32,000 bases of DNA, from the NCBI GenBank assembly GCA_965224465.1, contig OZ245049.1, positions 2,880,001 through 2,912,000 on the forward strand, written 5' to 3'. The position numbers and the translations under genes are program-made. Shown one piece after another: positions 27,841-32,000 of the stretch (within the stretch, counting starts at the first letter, position 1; each line of letters opens with the position of its first letter). The DNA is from Flavobacteriaceae bacterium. Its GTDB lineage: Bacteria > Bacteroidota > Bacteroidia > Flavobacteriales > Flavobacteriaceae. Below the pieces are notes generated by a model that ran no database searches, had not been told where the DNA came from, and was given only the letters and a program-made list of their open reading frames with translations.

Positions 27841-27942
27841 AAACAGAACCATAGCTATGGCTATCCATCCATTTTTCACCTAAAAAAACACAAAATTATT
27901 TCATTTCTAACCCATCACTTGGAAATGTATTTGGTATAACAC
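27841..27942 (-). repeat. dispersed ~100-nt intergenic element, copy 3
   Basis: The reverse complement (CCAAATACATTTCCAAGTGATGGGTTAGAAATG...AGGTGAAAAATGGATGGATAGCCATAGCTATGG) matches copy 1 at about 80% by eye. Confidence 0.7.
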
Positions 27943-28100
27943 AATGCTTATGAACAAACGGTTATAAATAAACCTCTAAAATATTAAAACCAGCAACTAA
28001 CTAAAGCTACCATTTTACAGACCTCTATAAACCAAGAGACTTATATTGTTGGTTTTTATAGCATAGAACGATGGCTAAACAATCATTTAAAAATACATTT

Positions 28101-28643
28101 TTATTGGACGCCTTGTTTTGGAGACCATTCCTTTAAAAAAGCCAATACTTTCTCTGTACTATGTCCTTTACCCTCTTCCAAAACCCCACTTTCTTGGGTG
28201 TGGATTCTTTTTCCTGTTGCATCAAGTATCACAAAAACTGGAAAACCGAAATTTTCTGGATTGTCCAATTTATCAAGTACTTCTTTATTCTTATTTTCTT
28301 TGCTATAATTTAAGTGATAAACCACAAAGTTTTTTTCTATCACAGATTTTAAAACCTCGGTAGTCTTTACTTTTTTATCAAACAAAATACACCAACTGCA
28401 CCAGTTCCCTCCTACCTGTAAAAGCACGTTTTTATCATCTTTAGCAGCTATAGCAATGGCTTTATCTATTTCAGCTTGGGCATTATCTTCTGGATGGTAA
28501 AGCTGTTTGTTTTTTACTTTTTTCTTGACAGATGTATTACTATTCACTTTCCCCTTGACAGATGTATTGCTATTTACAGTGCAACTGCTTATGATGATTG
28601 AAAAGACAACAAGTAGCACACGTGTATATTTAACCTTGATCAT
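28101..28643 (-). CDS. thioredoxin-fold lipoprotein (thioredoxin-like, CxxC = CSWC)
   Basis: 180-aa ORF with lipoprotein-type signal ..FSIIISSC, a Lys/Ser-rich linker containing a tandem 10-aa duplication, then GGNWCSWCILFDK, typical of Thioredoxin_7/DUF255-like thiol-disulfide proteins. Confidence 0.8.
   Translation of the reverse strand: MIKVKYTRVLLVVFSIIISSCTVNSNTSVKGKVNSNTSVKKKVKNKQLYHPEDNAQAEIDKAIAIAAKDDKNVLLQVGGNWCSWCILFDKKVKTTEVLKSVIEKNFVVYHLNYSKENKNKEVLDKLDNPENFGFPVFVILDATGKRIHTQESGVLEEGKGHSTEKVLAFLKEWSPKQGVQ
28515..28583. repeat. tandem ~30-bp duplication inside the thioredoxin-like gene linker
   Basis: CTTGACAGATGTATTACTATTCAC / CTTGACAGATGTATTGCTATTTAC, encoding NSNTSVKGKV / NSNTSVKKKV. 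Confidence 0.7.
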
Positions 28644-28702
28644 TTCTTATATAATTTTCCCACAATATACAAACTAATGATTCGCAATGCGTTAATTATA
28701 AA

Positions 28703-28735
28703 ACAAAAAAACACGTAGAATTACGTGCCTTTTTG
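28703..28735 (-). terminator. rho-independent terminator after the esterase gene
   Basis: Hairpin CACGTA-GAAT-TACGTG (28712-28727). On the minus strand it is followed by a T-run of at least 7, and it lies ~22 nt downstream of the stop at 28758. Confidence 0.6.
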
Positions 28736-28757
28736 AAATGGTTATTTAAAATTTTGT

Positions 28758-29600
28758 TTAAAGCACTTCTTCATGAAAGAATTCAGAAAAAAATAGCATT
28801 TGATACAAAATAGCTTGGTTCCAATAGCTCCAACGATGGCTGCCTGGACGAATGACGAAATCATGAGGAATATTTTGAGCCAATAATTCCGCATGTAATT
28901 GCATGTTTACTTTATAAAAGAAATCATCCACACCACAGTCAATCATCAATTTAAGATCCCTTCCTTTTAACAATCCTATCATATTTACAACCGTATTCTC
29001 TTCCCAGTTTTCTGGATGATTTTCCAAACTCCCCAAGCGCAAGGATAAATCCCAATTATTAGGAAACGGACGGATATCTACGCCTCCACTCATACTTCCG
29101 GCAGCCCCCCAAACATCTGGATGCTTAAAACTTAAATACAAGGCACCATGCCCACCCATACTCAATCCTGCAATCGCACGATGGGATTTACTTGGAATAC
29201 TATTATACGTTGCATCTACACTAGCAATCAACTCTTTTGAGACATACGTTTCGTAACGCATAGAAGCATCAATAGGACTATCGAAATACCAACTTGTGCG
29301 TCCTGCATCTGGACAGACTATCACAACATTATACTGATCCGAAAGAAGCTTCATAGCATCGGAATGCTCACTCCATGAAGTGTAATCACCTCCTGCCCCA
29401 TGTAGTAAATAAACTACAGAAAAACCTTCTTTCTGATGTGCATAGCCATCAGGAAGAATTACCAAATTTGGAATTGTTTTATGCATGGCATCACTCCTTA
29501 CATAAAGTGTGTCAATTTTATACGCAAATAGACTACTTACATTTAGCAATGCAAGTAAAATAGGAATCTTAAATTTCATCTTATACTTATTTAATACCAA
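28758..29600 (-). CDS. esterase-family alpha/beta hydrolase (esterase D / S-formylglutathione hydrolase-like, secreted)
   Basis: 280-aa ORF. The likely true start is the ATG at 29579, giving signal peptide MKFKIPILLALLNVSSLFA. Features are YLLHGAGGD, nucleophile elbow GLSMGGHGA, and a C-terminal ..GSHRWSYW.. His. Confidence 0.85.
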   Translation of the reverse strand: MVLNKYKMKFKIPILLALLNVSSLFAYKIDTLYVRSDAMHKTIPNLVILPDGYAHQKEGFSVVYLLHGAGGDYTSWSEHSDAMKLLSDQYNVVIVCPDAGRTSWYFDSPIDASMRYETYVSKELIASVDATYNSIPSKSHRAIAGLSMGGHGALYLSFKHPDVWGAAGSMSGGVDIRPFPNNWDLSLRLGSLENHPENWEENTVVNMIGLLKGRDLKLMIDCGVDDFFYKVNMQLHAELLAQNIPHDFVIRPGSHRWSYWNQAILYQMLFFSEFFHEEVL

Positions 29601-29601
29601 C

Positions 29602-29637
29602 TACAATCCAAAATGACCGTTATAAATAGTTTGTTTT
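29602..29637. repeat. 36-bp direct repeat, copy 1 (partner at 29829-29864)
   Basis: TACAATCCAAAATGACCGTTATAAATAGTTTGTTTT versus TACAATCCAAAATGATTGATATAAATAGTTTATTTT (32/36). Confidence 0.6.
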
Positions 29638-29828
29638 TAAACCGTTTCTTGGAAATGTCTTTGGTTATAATAGATTTATTCTCTTATCTCAAATGACAGA
29701 TGTACGTTTATGAACATCGTAAATACACCAAGGTTTCACCTTGTTTAAAAAACAAAAGGATAGCTACAGCTACCCTTTTATTTTTACGTATCCTTAGTAC
29801 TCTAATTCCTAAGTAGCTATTATATAAT

Positions 29829-29864
29829 TACAATCCAAAATGATTGATATAAATAGTTTATTTT
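29829..29864. repeat. 36-bp direct repeat, copy 2 (overlaps the stop codon of the alpha-2-macroglobulin gene)
   Basis: See copy 1. The repeat period is 227 bp. Confidence 0.6.
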
Positions 29865-32000
29865 ACCACTTGTATCCATTTTCCTTGTGTTCTTGTAAAG
29901 AAATCGTGATCGTACATAGCTTGTGCTTGCACCCCAAACAGGTAATAATGACCTAAATAGGAGGCGTTCAATTGGACATTAAAGGTCTTGGTTCTTCTAG
30001 ATGCCAAATCAAAGTAAAAACTAACATGATCATCACGAATATCTGTGAAGTCTGCCTTGCTAGAAGATCTATTAGAAAAACCAGTAAAACGTGTATTCAA
30101 AATTTCCCATCCAGAAGGAAAAAACTCGGTCAATGCAATATCTTCTACCAAACGACTTTTCATATTTTCTACTGTTACTACAGCCATAAAATTAGTCCCT
30201 TGTTCTAACTGACTTACATCTAACACATTTCCTTTTGTATCCTTATACTTTACACTAATTTTAAGTCCTCTTTCTTCCGTTAATTCCTGTCCTAAAGGCA
30301 GTTTCCCAGAATTGATAACCGTTACAAAAACGACCGAAGATCCCGTATTAGATATTTTTAAAGTATTCAAACCATTAACAATATCTAATTTACGTTGTAT
30401 TAATGCCTTAGAAGATTTCAAAGCACTTGTTTTTTTATCATTTAACTTAAAATCAACCTCAAAATCTGAACCACCATTTTCCGACACCATCGTCGCCATT
30501 GCTAATAAAGAATAGGCGGTAGTTTGAGTACTCATCCAAGTATCAGAAGACAGGTCTTTTGCCAGATTTTTTGCAAGTTCCCTATATCCTTTATTTTTTA
30601 GTAAGACCATTGTTTCCATAGCCATTGCAAGGTTTCTAGTCGCAGAACCATAGGTGTAATAATCACGATTTTTAAGTGTAAAATCCATGCCAGCACTATT
30701 CACTAATTGTTGGGCAGCCTTAGGTTTACTCGCCAAGGCGTAAGCTGCAGCCAATCGCCATTTCCCAGGATTGGACAATTTACTGTATTCGCGCAACCTA
30801 TTCATGGCACTTAAATCGGGACTCCCTGCCAATGCAAGGGTATACAACCTATAAGCTTGCGCCAAATCTGAATAATTATAAGAACTTCCAGCACGCCAAT
30901 TTTTAGCTGCTTTTTTCTGATATTTTATCCATTTACTCATAAAGGTTAAAGGAAGCACGTATCCTTTTTTCTCCGCTGCAATCATAAAATGACCTGCATA
31001 GGTAGTTCCCCAGTCGTTGACGTAACTTTGCCCTATCCAGTAACTCATACCTCCATTGGATAATTGAAAACGATTCAATCGATCAATTCCTTTTTGAATA
31101 TTGTTATGAATTTCTTGTTTTTTCTGTAAGCTTAGATCAAAAATAGTTTCCAAAAACAATTGAGGAAAAACACTCGAAGTTGTTTGTTCAATACATCCGT
31201 GAGGATACTGAATCAAATATTTCATACGCTTGGTAAAATTCATAGGAGGCAGTAATGAAAACTCAACAAGAGCCGTATTTGTACCTTCAAGACCAAACGT
31301 AGAGAAGCTCATGGTGTTTGAGGATTTACCGTTCAGATCAAGGCTTAGCAACTTACTACTAATAGGATTAGGGTTTACCACATCCATTTCCACTGCATAA
31401 CTAGCTTTTTTACCATTTCCTTTTGCAATCACTTCAATGGTCTGTATCCCTCTAGATTTTGTAACCTCTAAGTCAAAAAACACCATTTTCTCATCTGGTT
31501 CGGTAAATACTAACTGTTTTGACGCATCACCAATAATACGAATACCATCACTCAATTTCAACCTAACTTTTACATTTTTAACCTTTTTACTCATGGCAAA
31601 AACAGTTACTGGAAGCCTCACCTTTTCCCCAGGGCTTAATTTCCGAGGTAAAGATGCTAAAACCATCAATGGTTGACGCACAGGAGTGCTTTTTTCTGCA
31701 CTTCCATAAGCAGCATTGGAGTTATCAGCGGCCACAATCATGGTACGTACTGCACCGATGTATTTCCCCATTTTAATGTGATGTTTTGCTGTTTTACCCT
31801 TTGCAATGGTAAACGGACCTAAATAAGTTACAACAGGCTTAAAACGGTTTGCTTTTTTGTTTTTAGCACCACTTGCTGCCTCATCACCACCAATGGCAAA
31901 TATTTGATCTAAACTACCTCCAAAAGCACCTATTACATCATCAAACATGTCCCAGGTTTTTACTCCCAGAGCTTCACGTTGATAAAACTGATCCCAAATA
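29858..32000 (-). CDS. alpha-2-macroglobulin family protein, C-terminal ~713 aa (gene continues beyond the window end)
   Basis: The reading frame is open from the stop at 29858-29860 to nt 32000. The thioester motif YPHGCIEQTTSS has CIEQ at nt 31184-31195. The following helical thioester-domain region (..LSNGGMSYW...WGTTYAGHF..) and the C-terminal receptor-binding-like domain fit bacterial A2M. Confidence 0.9.
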   Translation of the reverse strand, partial: IWDQFYQREALGVKTWDMFDDVIGAFGGSLDQIFAIGGDEAASGAKNKKANRFKPVVTYLGPFTIAKGKTAKHHIKMGKYIGAVRTMIVAADNSNAAYGSAEKSTPVRQPLMVLASLPRKLSPGEKVRLPVTVFAMSKKVKNVKVRLKLSDGIRIIGDASKQLVFTEPDEKMVFFDLEVTKSRGIQTIEVIAKGNGKKASYAVEMDVVNPNPISSKLLSLDLNGKSSNTMSFSTFGLEGTNTALVEFSLLPPMNFTKRMKYLIQYPHGCIEQTTSSVFPQLFLETIFDLSLQKKQEIHNNIQKGIDRLNRFQLSNGGMSYWIGQSYVNDWGTTYAGHFMIAAEKKGYVLPLTFMSKWIKYQKKAAKNWRAGSSYNYSDLAQAYRLYTLALAGSPDLSAMNRLREYSKLSNPGKWRLAAAYALASKPKAAQQLVNSAGMDFTLKNRDYYTYGSATRNLAMAMETMVLLKNKGYRELAKNLAKDLSSDTWMSTQTTAYSLLAMATMVSENGGSDFEVDFKLNDKKTSALKSSKALIQRKLDIVNGLNTLKISNTGSSVVFVTVINSGKLPLGQELTEERGLKISVKYKDTKGNVLDVSQLEQGTNFMAVVTVENMKSRLVEDIALTEFFPSGWEILNTRFTGFSNRSSSKADFTDIRDDHVSFYFDLASRRTKTFNVQLNASYLGHYYLFGVQAQAMYDHDFFTRTQGKWIQVVK

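Noticed and set aside
1-32000. Search for CRISPR arrays, tRNA, rRNA or tmRNA
   Set aside because: No regularly spaced short repeats were seen; the repeats found are irregular and 100 nt long. No cloverleaf-like GC-rich segments or rRNA-like conserved stretches were seen by eye. Absence cannot be proven without tRNAscan or Infernal.

Overview
Low-GC chromosomal segment that looks Bacteroidota/Flavobacteriia-like. The taxonomic call is inferred from an OmpA protein with thrombospondin type-3 repeats, a TssD-type Hcp domain, a TAnnTTTG-type promoter motif and AT-rich codon usage. The left half (1-15.9 kb) is ordinary housekeeping: an alpha/beta hydrolase, an AddB-like PD-(D/E)XK nuclease, OmpA, kbl, an AddA/UvrD-like helicase-nuclease, a small beta-barrel OMP, a TerB-like protein, mfd and a PAP2 phosphatase. 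The right half is accessory-like. (a) Two diverged copies of a two-gene cassette (small secreted protein plus a ~300-aa secreted GH54/ConA-like protein) face each other convergently. (b) A 1091-bp IS1595-family element with a perfect 8-bp target-site duplication sits in the signal-peptide codons of one cassette gene. (c) A GH2 glycosidase and a GNAT acetyltransferase follow. (d) An AT-rich islet with ~0.8-kb gene-free flanks carries a 569-aa protein whose N-terminus looks like a T6SS-iii tube protein (TssD/Hcp) and whose C-terminus has an exact metzincin HExxHxxGxxH motif. It is followed 5 nt later by a signal-peptide MORN/YwqK-type protein. This pair is my best candidate for a novel system: an orphan Hcp-fused metallopeptidase effector with its immunity protein. 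(e) A thioredoxin-fold lipoprotein, an esterase and the 3' part of a thioester-containing alpha-2-macroglobulin complete the window. A ~100-nt dispersed intergenic repeat occurs in at least three full copies. I found no rRNA, tRNA or CRISPR array. All product calls come from motif recognition by eye, with no database search.
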